64,000 nt of DNA from Trypanosoma brucei (taxonomy: Eukaryota), in the NCBI GenBank assembly GCA_000002445.1, contig CP000070.1, positions 1,760,001 to 1,824,000 on the forward strand, written 5' to 3'. Under the pieces are notes generated by a model that was given only the letters and a program-made list of their open reading frames with translations, had not been told where the DNA came from and did no database searches. This document shows, piece after piece, positions 36,133-44,950 of the stretch. A program made the position numbers and the translations under genes. The number at the start of each line of letters is the position of its first letter. Position 1 is the first letter of the stretch.

Positions 36133-39100
36133 TTATTGCACAGACACACCCTCGGCACCTACGGATCCAGCAGTTTCTTTAGGTCCAGCACTTCCCTCAG
36201 ATCCAGCACTTTCTTTGGGTCCAGCAGTTTCTTTGGGTCCAGCAGCTTCTTTAGGTCCAGCATTTCCCTCAGATCCAGCACTTCCCTCAGATCCAGCACT
36301 TTCTTTAGGTCCAGCACTTTCTTTAGGTCCAGCACTTCCCTCAGATCCAGCACCTTCTTTAGGTTCAGCAGTTTCTTTAGGTCCAACACTTTCCTCAGAT
36401 CCAGCACCTTCTTTAGGTCCAGCAGTTTCTTTGGGTCCAGCAGCTTCTTTAGGCCCAGCACTTCCCTCAGATCCAGCACTTTCTTCAGGTCCAGCAGTTT
36501 CTTTAGGTCCAGCACTTCCCTCAGATCCAGCACTTTCTTTAGGTCCAGCAGTTTCTTTAGGTCCAGCACTTTCCTCAGATCCAGCACTTTCTTTGGGTCC
36601 AGCAGTTTCTTTGGGTCCAGCACTTTCTTTAGGTCCAGCAGCTTCTTTAGGTCCAGCACTTCCCTCAGATCCAGCACCTTCTTTAGGTCCAGCAGCTTCT
36701 TTAGGTCCAGCACTTCCCTCAGATCCAGCACTTTCTTTGGGTCCAGCAGTTTCTTTGGGTCCAGCAGCTTCTTTAGGTCCAGCACTTCCCTCAGATCCAG
36801 CACTTTCTTTAGGTCCAGCAGTTTCTTTAGGTCCAGCACTTTCCTCAGATCCAGCACTTTCTTTAGGTCCAGCACTTTCTTTAGGTCCAGCACTTCCCTC
36901 AGATCCAGCACCTTCTTTAGGTTCAGCAGTTTCTTTAGGTCCAACACTTTCCTCAGATCCAGCACCTTCTTTAGGTCCAGCAGTTTCTTTGGGTCCAGCA
37001 GCTTCTTTAGGCCCAGCACTTCCCTCAGATCCAGCACTTTCTTTAGGTCCAGCAGTTTCTTTAGGTCCAGCACTTCCCTCAGATCCAGCACCTTCTTTAG
37101 GTTCAGCAGTTTCTTTAGGTCCAGCACTTCCCTCAGATCCAGCACTTTCTTTGGGTCCAGCACTTTCTTTGGGTCCAGCACTTTCTTTAGGTCCAGCACT
37201 TCCCTCAGATCCAGCACCTTCTTTAGGTTCAGCAGTTTCTTTAGGTCCAGCACTTTCTTTAGGTCCAGCACTTTCCTCAGATCCAGCACTTTCTTTGGGT
37301 CCAGCAGTTTCTTTGGGTCCAGGACTTTCTTTAGGTCCAGCAGTTTTTTTAGGTCCAGCACTTTCTTTAGGTCCAGCACTTCCCTCAGATCCAGCACTTT
37401 CTTTAGGTCCAGCACTTTCTTTAGGTCCAGCAGTTTTTTTAGGTCCAGCACTTTCTTTAGGTCCAGCACTTCCCTCAGATCCAGCACTTTCTTTAGGTCC
37501 AGCAGTTTCTTTAGGTCCAGCACTTTCCTCAGATCCGGCACTTTCTTTAGGTCCAGCAGCTTCTTTAGGTCCAGCACTTCCCTCAGATCCAGCACTTTCT
37601 TTAGGTCCAGCACTTTCTTTAGGTCCAGCAGTTTCTTTGGGTCCAGCAGCTTCTTTAGGTCCAGCACTTCCCTCAGATCCAGCACTTTCTTTAGGTCCAG
37701 CAGTTTCTTTAGGTCCAGCACTTTCCTCAGATCCAGCACTTTCTTTGGGTCCAGCAGTTTCTTTGGGTCCAGCACTTTCTTTAGGTCCAGCAGCTTCTTT
37801 AGGTCCAGCACTTCCCTCAGATCCAGCACCTTCTTTAGGTCCAGCAGCTTCTTTAGGTCCAGCACTTCCCTCAGATCCAGCACTTTCTTTGGGTCCAGCA
37901 GTTTCTTTGGGTCCAGCAGCTTCTTTAGGTCCAGCACTTCCCTCAGATCCAGCACTTTCTTTAGGTCCAGCAGTTTCTTTAGGTCCAGCACTTTCCTCAG
38001 ATCCAGCACTTTCTTTGGGTCCAGCAGTTTCTTTGGGTCCAGCAGTTTCTTTGGGTCCAGCAGTTTCTTTGGGTCCAGCAGCTTCTTTAGGTCCAGCACT
38101 TCCCTCAGATCCAGCACCTTCTTTAGGTCCAGCAGCTTCTTTAGGTCCAGCACTTCCCTCAGATCCAGCACTTTCTTTGGGTCCAGCATTTCCCTCAGAT
38201 CCAGCACTTCCCTCAGATCCAGCATTTCCCTCAGATCCAGCACTTCCCTCAGGTCCAGCACCTTCTTTAGGTCCAGCACTTTCTTTAGGTCCAGCACTTT
38301 CTTTGGGTCCAGCACTTCCCTCAGATCCAGCACTTCCCTCAGATCCAGCACTTTCTTTAGGTCCAGTACTTTCTTTGGGTCCGGCACTTTCTTTAGGTCC
38401 AGCACTTTCTTTAGGTCCAGTACTTTCTTTGGATCCAGCACTTTCTTTAGGTCCAGTACTTTCTTTGGGTCCAGCACTTCCCTCAGATCCAGCACTTCCC
38501 TCAGGTCCAGCACCTTCTTTAGGTCCAGCACTTTCTTTAGGTCCAGCACTTTCTTTAGGTCCAGCACTTCCCTCAGATCCAGCACTTCCCTCAGATCCAG
38601 CACTTTCTTTAGGTCCAGTACTTTCTTTGGGTCCGGCACTTTCTTTAGGTCCAGCACTTTCTTTAGGTCCAGCACTTTCCTCAGATCCAGCACCTTCTTT
38701 AGGGTCGACAAGACCCCCAGGCGTGACGGGGGTACCTTGCGTTTTGGGCGACTCTAAGGAAGTTGGACTGCTATTTTTTGTTTTGTTTGTCCTATTGACC
38801 TCTTTTTCGGTGGACATTTCGTCGGTTTCTGTGCCAGGATCAAGGAAAGTGCATATTCCCTCTTTTAGATTTTCCCCGTAATACCTGGCATCAAAACTAA
38901 GAGCCTCAATTCTTGCCGTAAGAAATTTGACCTGTAACAAATTGGTAGTTGTATACCGGTGTACCTCATCAGATAATAGCGTGAAAGACACCCAAAAGCC
39001 ACATTCTTTTTTAATGTTGCCAACCAATTCGTGTACCTTCTTTTCGTGGTCATCAACCTTGCGTTTTATAAGAAGGATGGCATCATTGTACCCATCCAGT

Positions 39101-39417
39101 ATCTTTATTCGCTCCCATGCAAAAGTACTCCTACCACTGGTGTCAAGTATCCTACAGTTAACAACCTCCTCCCTAACATTTACAAGTGAACGCTTGACGT
39201 CACGTTTTGCCTGCTCCAAACGATTATTAATATCAAATAAAAGACGCTTCATTCTTGCACAATATCTCGCTCTGCTCTCCCATCTATTAAAAAAACTGCT
39301 GGCATCAACAACATATGATGTATGCACCACAAAAAATAGCACAATACACCACAGAACATGCATTTTCTTCAACGACAACAACACAAAAACAATAAAAAAA
39401 AACAATAGCACATGCAC
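36133..39417 (-). CDS. family member G3 with a giant hexapeptide-repeat tail (1094 aa; an alternative start at 39363)
   Basis: The N-domain (RYCARMK...DGYNDAILLIKRKV...CGFWVSFTLLSDEV) differs from siblings in its signal peptide (MHVLWCIVLFFVVHTSYVVDASS). About 140 units of GPKESA/GPKETA/GSEGSA/GPKEAA follow. The C-terminus SAGSVGAEGVSVQ is identical to that of G2. Confidence 0.7.
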   Translation of the reverse strand: MHVLLFFFIVFVLLSLKKMHVLWCIVLFFVVHTSYVVDASSFFNRWESRARYCARMKRLLFDINNRLEQAKRDVKRSLVNVREEVVNCRILDTSGRSTFAWERIKILDGYNDAILLIKRKVDDHEKKVHELVGNIKKECGFWVSFTLLSDEVHRYTTTNLLQVKFLTARIEALSFDARYYGENLKEGICTFLDPGTETDEMSTEKEVNRTNKTKNSSPTSLESPKTQGTPVTPGGLVDPKEGAGSEESAGPKESAGPKESAGPKESTGPKESAGSEGSAGSEGSAGPKESAGPKESAGPKEGAGPEGSAGSEGSAGPKESTGPKESAGSKESTGPKESAGPKESAGPKESTGPKESAGSEGSAGSEGSAGPKESAGPKESAGPKEGAGPEGSAGSEGNAGSEGSAGSEGNAGPKESAGSEGSAGPKEAAGPKEGAGSEGSAGPKEAAGPKETAGPKETAGPKETAGPKESAGSEESAGPKETAGPKESAGSEGSAGPKEAAGPKETAGPKESAGSEGSAGPKEAAGPKEGAGSEGSAGPKEAAGPKESAGPKETAGPKESAGSEESAGPKETAGPKESAGSEGSAGPKEAAGPKETAGPKESAGPKESAGSEGSAGPKEAAGPKESAGSEESAGPKETAGPKESAGSEGSAGPKESAGPKKTAGPKESAGPKESAGSEGSAGPKESAGPKKTAGPKESPGPKETAGPKESAGSEESAGPKESAGPKETAEPKEGAGSEGSAGPKESAGPKESAGPKESAGSEGSAGPKETAEPKEGAGSEGSAGPKETAGPKESAGSEGSAGPKEAAGPKETAGPKEGAGSEESVGPKETAEPKEGAGSEGSAGPKESAGPKESAGSEESAGPKETAGPKESAGSEGSAGPKEAAGPKETAGPKESAGSEGSAGPKEAAGPKEGAGSEGSAGPKEAAGPKESAGPKETAGPKESAGSEESAGPKETAGPKESAGSEGSAGPKETAGPEESAGSEGSAGPKEAAGPKETAGPKEGAGSEESVGPKETAEPKEGAGSEGSAGPKESAGPKESAGSEGSAGSEGNAGPKEAAGPKETAGPKESAGSEGSAGPKETAGSVGAEGVSVQ
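36160..38705 (-). repeat. 18-nt tandem repeat array of about 140 units (GGACCTAAAGAAAGTGCT and variants), coding
   Basis: Perfect 18-nt periodicity is visible on the plus strand as ggtccagcactttcttta / ggatctgagggaagtgct variants. All six frames are open across it, which produces the artefactual overlapping ORFs. Confidence 0.95.
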
Positions 39418-39419
39418 AT

Positions 39420-39960
39420 GCAGGAGAGAGACAGTTCCCTCCTTCCCTCAAACAATAGACACACGCCACACTACAGTCTCAAAATCACGTTCAGCATTTA
39501 ACAGCATACACGACACTGTAAAAGGGACAAAAAGTCACTTCAAGCAAAGCATTACTTAGCATGCGGTTACGTAGATATTCATATTGTTGCATGCCCTCCG
39601 TCACACGTTGGTACGTTGGAACATGCTAACTCCCTTATCTCACGGCCGCTCCTCCCCACCGCTATTTAAAGCGGTCCTAACGTAATCTTATAACTAACCG
39701 GATCCCTTATGGAAAAATAGAACGACCACCATGGCACTTTTCCCACAAGCTCATCAGGCCCAAAGGAAGAAAATAAACAATCTAAATGATATCAATAATA
39801 TAATGTAAAAATAAAGCAATAAAAACAACACTAGTGAACACCGACACGACCCTTCACCACATAAACAGGACCATTACTATTAACAGTGTTCTAACAAACT
39901 AACCGACCAATAATTGAGCGATAATCACACTATCTACGATAAAACAAAAAAGGTATTCTA
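39420..39960 (+). repeat. conserved intergenic module R
   Basis: It is near-identical to 35500..36060. Confidence 0.85.
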
Positions 39961-40005
39961 CCCAACAGCTGCTGGATCATTATAAACACATCATGCCCAA
40001 ATCCA

Positions 40006-43000
40006 TTATTGCACAGACACACCCTCGGCACCTACGGATCCAGCACTTTCTTTAGGTCCAGCAGTTTCTTTGGGTCCAGCACTTTCTTTAGGTCCAGCAC
40101 TTCCCTCAGATCCAGCACTTTCTTTGGGTCCAGCAGTTTCTTTGGGTCCAGCACTTCCCTCAGATCCAGCACTTTCTTTAGGTCCAGCAGTTTCTTTAGG
40201 TCCAGCACTTTCCTCAGATCCGGCACTTTCTTTAGGTCCAGCACTTTCTTTAGGTCCAGCAGTTTCTTTGGGTCCAGCAGTTTCTTTGGGTCCAGCACTT
40301 CCCTCAGATCCAGCAGTTTCTTTGGGTCCAGCACTTCCCTCAGATCCAGCACCTTCTTTAGGTCCAGCATTTCCCTCAGATCCAGCACTTCCCTCAGATC
40401 CAGCACTTTCTTTAGGTCCAGCACTTCCCTCAGATCCGGCACTTTCTTTAGGTCCAGCACTTTCTTTGGGTCCAGCACTTTCTTTAGGTCCAGCATTTCC
40501 CTCAGATCCAGCACTTCCCTCAGATCCAGCACTTTCTTTAGGTCCAGCACTTTCTTTAGGTCCAGCACTTCCCTCAGATCCAGCACCTTCTTTAGGTCCA
40601 GCACTTTCTTTAGGTCCAGCAGCTTCTTTAGGTCCAGCACTTTCTTTAGGTCCAGCAGTTTCTTTAGGTCCAGCACTTTCCTCAGATCCGGCACTTTCTT
40701 TAGGTCCAGCACTTTCTTTGGGTCCGGCACTTTCTTTAGGTCCAGCAGCTTCTTTAGGTCCAGCACTTTCCTCAGATCCGGCACTTTCTTTAGGTCCAGC
40801 ACTTTCCTCAGATCCAGCAGCTTCTTTAGGTCCAGCACTTTCCTCAGATCCAGCAGTTTCTTTAGGTTCAGCACTTTCTTTAGGTCCAGCACTTTCCTCA
40901 GATCCGGCACTTTCTTTAGGTCCAGCACTTTCTTTGGGTCCAGCACTTTCCTCAGATCCAGCAGCTTCTTTAGGTCCAGCACTTTCCTCAGATCCAGCAG
41001 TTTCTTTAGGTCCAGCACTTTCCTCAGATCCAGCAGTTTCTTTAGGTTCAGCACTTTCTTTAGGTCCAGCACTTTCTTTAGGTCCAGCACCTTCTTTAGG
41101 TCCAGCACTTTCTTTAGGTCCAGCACTTTCTTTAGGTCCAGCACCTTCTTTAGGTCCAGCACTTTCCTCAGATCCAGCAGTTTCTTTAGGTTCAGCACTT
41201 TCTTTAGGTCCAGCACTTTCTTTAGGTCCAGCAGCTTCTTTAGGTCCAGCACTTTCTTTAGGTCCAGCACCTTCTTTAGGTCCAGTACTTTCTTTAGGTC
41301 CAGCACTTTCTTTAGGTCCAGCACCTTCTTTAGGTCCAGCACTTTCTTTAGGTCCAGCAGCTTCTTTAGGTCCAGCAGCTTCTTTAGGTCCAGCACTTCC
41401 CTCAGATCCAGCACCTTCTTTAGGTCCAGCATTTCCCTCAGATCCAGCATTTCCCCCAGATCCAGCACTTTCTTTGGGTCCAGCATTTCCCTCAGATCCA
41501 GCATTTCCCCCAGATCCAGCACTTTCTTTGGGTCCAGCACTTTCCTCAGATCCAGCAGCTTCTTTAGGTCCAGCACTTTCTTTAGGTCCAGCACTTTCTT
41601 TAGGTCCAGCAGCTTCTTTAGGTCCAGCAGCTTCTTTAGGTCCAGCACTTCCCTCAGATCCAGCACCTTCTTTAGGTCCAGCATTTCCCTCAGATCCAGC
41701 ATTTCCCCCAGATCCAGCACTTTCTTTGGGTCCAGCATTTCCCTCAGATCCAGCATTTCCCCCAGATCCAGCACTTTCTTTGGGTCCAGCACTTTCTTTA
41801 GGTCCAGCACTTTCTTTAGGTCCAGCACTTTCTTTAGGTCCAGCAGCTTCTTTAGGTCCAGCATTTCCCTCAGATCCAGCAGCTTCTTTAGGTCCAGCAC
41901 TTTCCTCAGATCCAGCACCTTCTTTAGGTTCAGCACTTTCTTTAGGTCCAGCACTTTCTTTAGGTCCAGCAGCTTCTTTAGGTCCAGCATTTCCCTCAGA
42001 TCCAGCATTTCCCCCAGATCCAGCACTTTCCTCAGATCCGGCACTTTCTTTAGGTCCAGCACTTCCCTCAGATCCAGCAGCTTCTTTAGGTCCAGCACTT
42101 TCTTTGGGTCCAGCAGCTTCTTTAGGTCCAGCACTTCCCTCAGATCCAGCAGCTTCTTTAGGTCCAGCATTTCCCTCAGATCCAGCATTTCCCCCAGATC
42201 CAGCACTTTCTTTGGGTCCAGCATTTCCCTCAGATCCAGCAGTTTCTTTAGGTCCGGCAGTTTCTTTGGGTCCAGCACTTTCTTTAGGTCCAGCAGTTTC
42301 TTTAGGTCCAGCACTTTCCTCAGATCCAGCACTTTCTTTAGGTCCAGCAGCTTCTTTAGGTCCAGCACTTTCCTCAGATCCAGCACTTTCTTTGGGTCCA
42401 GCAGCTTCCTTGGTGGTGACCGTTTCTTTTGGCGACTGGGATGTCGCACCACTGCTTTTGGGTTCCTCTTGTTTTTTCTTTGCCTTTTCTTCCTCCTCCC
42501 CCGCCAATACATTCTCTGTCCCCACCAAGACGCATCTGTTTCTTGCGGCGGTATCGCTGTGATTTTTTGCACCAAGACTGAGTTTGTCTATCATTATCGT
42601 TAGGGATCTTGCTTCTAACAGTTTTTCTTTAACAGTTCTTTTGAATGACGATGTGAGTGGCATGAAAGACAACCAGAAGCCGCAGCCGTTCCATATTTCA
42701 CCAGTCAAAGTGTTGATCTTCCTTTCGCAATCACCGATGAGCAGTTCAATTTGCCTAATGGCACTGTAGCTCTCGTCTACTAACTTAAGTTTTTCTGAGT
42801 TGGTGGCGCCAGAAACGTCCTTGGCTTTCTTATGCTTCAAAATACCTTCGCATTCTGCTTTTACGGCTAGCGTGTTATTGAACGCACGGTCGAATACGTT
42901 CCATGACTCTGAAAATCGGTTGTTAACTTTGTTAATAACACTTTTGACCTTTTTACAATGAGCTGCTCTGCTTTCCCGCCTCTCGAAACCACGCACGCCC

Positions 43001-43065
43001 CCCACATTGCACAGAATGGCAATGAAAAGGCACACGATGATTTTCTTCGCTAGATTCATTGTCAC
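40006..43065 (-). CDS. family member G2 with a giant hexapeptide-repeat tail (1019 aa)
   Basis: It opens with signal peptide MTMNLAKKIIVCLFIAILCNVGG and carries the N-domain motifs (ESYSAIRQIELLI, CGFWLSFMPLTSSF). About 130 hexapeptide units follow, including GSGGNA/GSEGNA/GPKEGA variants absent from G3. Confidence 0.7.
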   Translation of the reverse strand: MTMNLAKKIIVCLFIAILCNVGGVRGFERRESRAAHCKKVKSVINKVNNRFSESWNVFDRAFNNTLAVKAECEGILKHKKAKDVSGATNSEKLKLVDESYSAIRQIELLIGDCERKINTLTGEIWNGCGFWLSFMPLTSSFKRTVKEKLLEARSLTIMIDKLSLGAKNHSDTAARNRCVLVGTENVLAGEEEEKAKKKQEEPKSSGATSQSPKETVTTKEAAGPKESAGSEESAGPKEAAGPKESAGSEESAGPKETAGPKESAGPKETAGPKETAGSEGNAGPKESAGSGGNAGSEGNAGPKEAAGSEGSAGPKEAAGPKESAGPKEAAGSEGSAGPKESAGSEESAGSGGNAGSEGNAGPKEAAGPKESAGPKESAEPKEGAGSEESAGPKEAAGSEGNAGPKEAAGPKESAGPKESAGPKESAGPKESAGSGGNAGSEGNAGPKESAGSGGNAGSEGNAGPKEGAGSEGSAGPKEAAGPKEAAGPKESAGPKESAGPKEAAGSEESAGPKESAGSGGNAGSEGNAGPKESAGSGGNAGSEGNAGPKEGAGSEGSAGPKEAAGPKEAAGPKESAGPKEGAGPKESAGPKESTGPKEGAGPKESAGPKEAAGPKESAGPKESAEPKETAGSEESAGPKEGAGPKESAGPKESAGPKEGAGPKESAGPKESAEPKETAGSEESAGPKETAGSEESAGPKEAAGSEESAGPKESAGPKESAGSEESAGPKESAEPKETAGSEESAGPKEAAGSEESAGPKESAGSEESAGPKEAAGPKESAGPKESAGPKESAGSEESAGPKETAGPKESAGPKEAAGPKESAGPKEGAGSEGSAGPKESAGPKESAGSEGSAGSEGNAGPKESAGPKESAGPKESAGSEGSAGPKESAGSEGSAGSEGNAGPKEGAGSEGSAGPKETAGSEGSAGPKETAGPKETAGPKESAGPKESAGSEESAGPKETAGPKESAGSEGSAGPKETAGPKESAGSEGSAGPKESAGPKETAGPKESAGSVGAEGVSVQ
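40030..42405 (-). repeat. 18-nt tandem repeat array of about 130 units, coding
   Basis: It has the same 18-nt unit family as 36160..38705 but a different mix and order of variant units. Confidence 0.95.
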
Positions 43066-43129
43066 ACACTTGTCTCTCCTATGTACCGCATGAAATTAAA
43101 AAAGAAAAACAGAATAATATCTTTTGGGC

Positions 43130-43700
43130 AAGACAATAGGGAAAGCACATGTACATCCATATGCAGGAGAAAGACAGTTTCCTCCTTCCCTCAAACAATA
43201 GACACACGCCACACTACAGTCTCACAATCACGTTGGGTATTTAAAAGCACTCACAACACTGTAAAAGGGACAAAAAGTCACTTCAAGCAAAGCATTACTT
43301 AGCATGCGATTACGTAGATATTCATATTGTTGCATGCCCTCCGTCACACGTTGGTACGTTGGAACATGCTAACATCAACCATCCGTCCGTCCACACACAC
43401 ACGCACACACCGCTATTTAAAGCAGTTTCTATACATCATTCCACTACCCAAATGTCCCATGCTTATCCGGAAGCCGGAGCACGTCGCCGATCTGTTCATA
43501 TCTTCAATAAAAAGAACAAAAAGTAAAGCATATTAATGTTATAAAGCAATAAAGGAAAACCACAGCACGCAGCTGAATAACTTGTTATCATCGAAGCAGC
43601 ATCTCAACCTACGTAGCCTTGAGCAAGACGAAGCAACATCTTCCATCGTCGTGTTCCCAATCAAATAAAATCCGTTGACTCCTTCTTACATTCAACTTGT
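43130..43700 (+). repeat. conserved intergenic module R plus G1-type 3' flank
   Basis: It matches the R core. Positions 43440..43670 match the reverse complement of 3203..3440. Confidence 0.8.
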
Positions 43701-43708
43701 CTCATGCT

Positions 43709-44524
43709 CTAATCCACCTCTGCCTGGGCCTCCTTCCCTACCGCAGGTTCAGCAACAACAGCAGGTTCCTCGTCGGCGGTTTTTTCCCCAAGACCTTCTT
43801 GGCTGCTATCGGTGTCACCTTTAGCGGTGTCAGTCGACCTCTTTTCTTCTCTCTGCTCATCCATACTTGTGGGTGATTCAGGAGATTCGGGCACGGGGCC
43901 ATCGGATGTTTCCTCGTTCTGTTTGCCGGAAGTGTCTTCACCAGCACCTGCCTCCTTCTCTCTGCGTTTATCCTCCACCGTGGAGCACTCATCATTCGCC
44001 GCATCAGCGGCATAGCTCGCCGCATCTCCACTAAGAGTTTCAATTTTCGACACCTTGCCTGTAGCTTCAGCCGTCGTCTCCTCAATGCTCCGTTTGAATG
44101 AAATGGTTACTGGCATGAAGGACAACCAAAACCCGCATCGGTCCTTTAGATACACCGTTAGTTTGTGTAAATCGCGCTCGTAGTTCCTAATCTCTGTTCC
44201 GACATACATGATCGCGTTGTAGTACTCATCTACAACTCTCTTCTTTCCGCTGTCTGCAACATCTGTTATCTCATCGTCGCTGACTTTCTTCACGTCCTCG
44301 TCGCACTTTCCCTTGACAACACTGGTTCGCTTGAGAGCAACTTCAAACGTGTGCCATGCGTTTGCATAGCGGGTATTAATGGCCCGAACTGATTTGGCCA
44401 CTGTAGTACAGTATTCTGAGCGGCTTATCCTTCCCCAATGAGAAGAGGACTTGCCTCCAATACTGCATAGCCCGGCCACGAGAATATATAGTGTTACGCC
44501 CCTTGCGAAAACCATTATTTTCAA
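43709..44524 (-). CDS. secreted acidic-tail protein, family member G1
   Basis: It opens with signal peptide MKIMVFARGVTLYILVAGLCSIGG and carries DEYYNAIMYVGTEI and CGFWLSFMPVTISF. Its acidic tail ends AQAEVD. Confidence 0.7.
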   Translation of the reverse strand: MKIMVFARGVTLYILVAGLCSIGGKSSSHWGRISRSEYCTTVAKSVRAINTRYANAWHTFEVALKRTSVVKGKCDEDVKKVSDDEITDVADSGKKRVVDEYYNAIMYVGTEIRNYERDLHKLTVYLKDRCGFWLSFMPVTISFKRSIEETTAEATGKVSKIETLSGDAASYAADAANDECSTVEDKRREKEAGAGEDTSGKQNEETSDGPVPESPESPTSMDEQREEKRSTDTAKGDTDSSQEGLGEKTADEEPAVVAEPAVGKEAQAEVD

Positions 44525-44689
44525 TAGCGATCCTCTTTTTTCCGCCCCTCCTTTCCAGACCTAAAAAGACGACGGTGGGATGAAGAAGGGAAGCGAGACA
44601 AATGGAGGGACGCGTCCAAGCCACTAAAAGGCAATCCAGAAATGGAAACTTTAACAACACAAGTAATCAAAATAGGGGGGGGGCGTAGA

Positions 44690-44950
44690 AATCACCGGGT
44701 GAATAATTGATAAGGAAAAAAGAAAAACGGAAAATATACGGGTGGCCACCAGATACAATGCAGTTTGGGCACTTCATGCGCCACGCACCCTGACTCCCCT
44801 GCCACTGCGCACTAGATTTTCATCCCCGTGCCTCTGCACGGTGGATCACCACAGATCTGCAGCTGTCTAGATAGGGATACTCCTCAAACGGCGCCGTTTA
44901 GTGCATTAACAGACAAAAAAGGTAAAAAAGAGAAAAGAAAAGAAAAGTGC
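44690..44950 (-). promoter_or_regulatory. polypyrimidine tracts (on the minus strand) between the NBS1-like gene and G1; likely polyadenylation and trans-splicing signals
   Basis: The plus strand is purine-rich here (ggaaaaaagaaaaacggaaaa; aaaaaaggtaaaaaagagaaaagaaaagaaaag), so the coding (minus) strand is pyrimidine-rich. Confidence 0.4.

Noticed and set aside
36136-38881. Long ORFs in the other five frames across the G3 repeat array. These are 36136..38757 +, 36215..38881 + and 36159..38711 -, encoding SSTFFRSS..., ALSLGPA... and KKVLDLK... repeats.
   Set aside because: They are a by-product of an 18-nt perfect tandem repeat being open in all frames. Only the minus-strand frame connects to a signal peptide, N-domain and stop.
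36160-42405. The possibility that the regular short repeats are a CRISPR array.
   Set aside because: The DNA is eukaryotic. The 18-nt units are contiguous with no spacers and they are in-frame coding. They are hexapeptide repeats, not direct repeats plus spacers.
40009-42603. The equivalent alternative-frame ORFs across the G2 repeat array: 40009..42603 +, 40070..42562 + and 40032..42575 -.
   Set aside because: The same artefact applies. The frame linked to the conserved N-domain (40006..43065 -) is the coding one.
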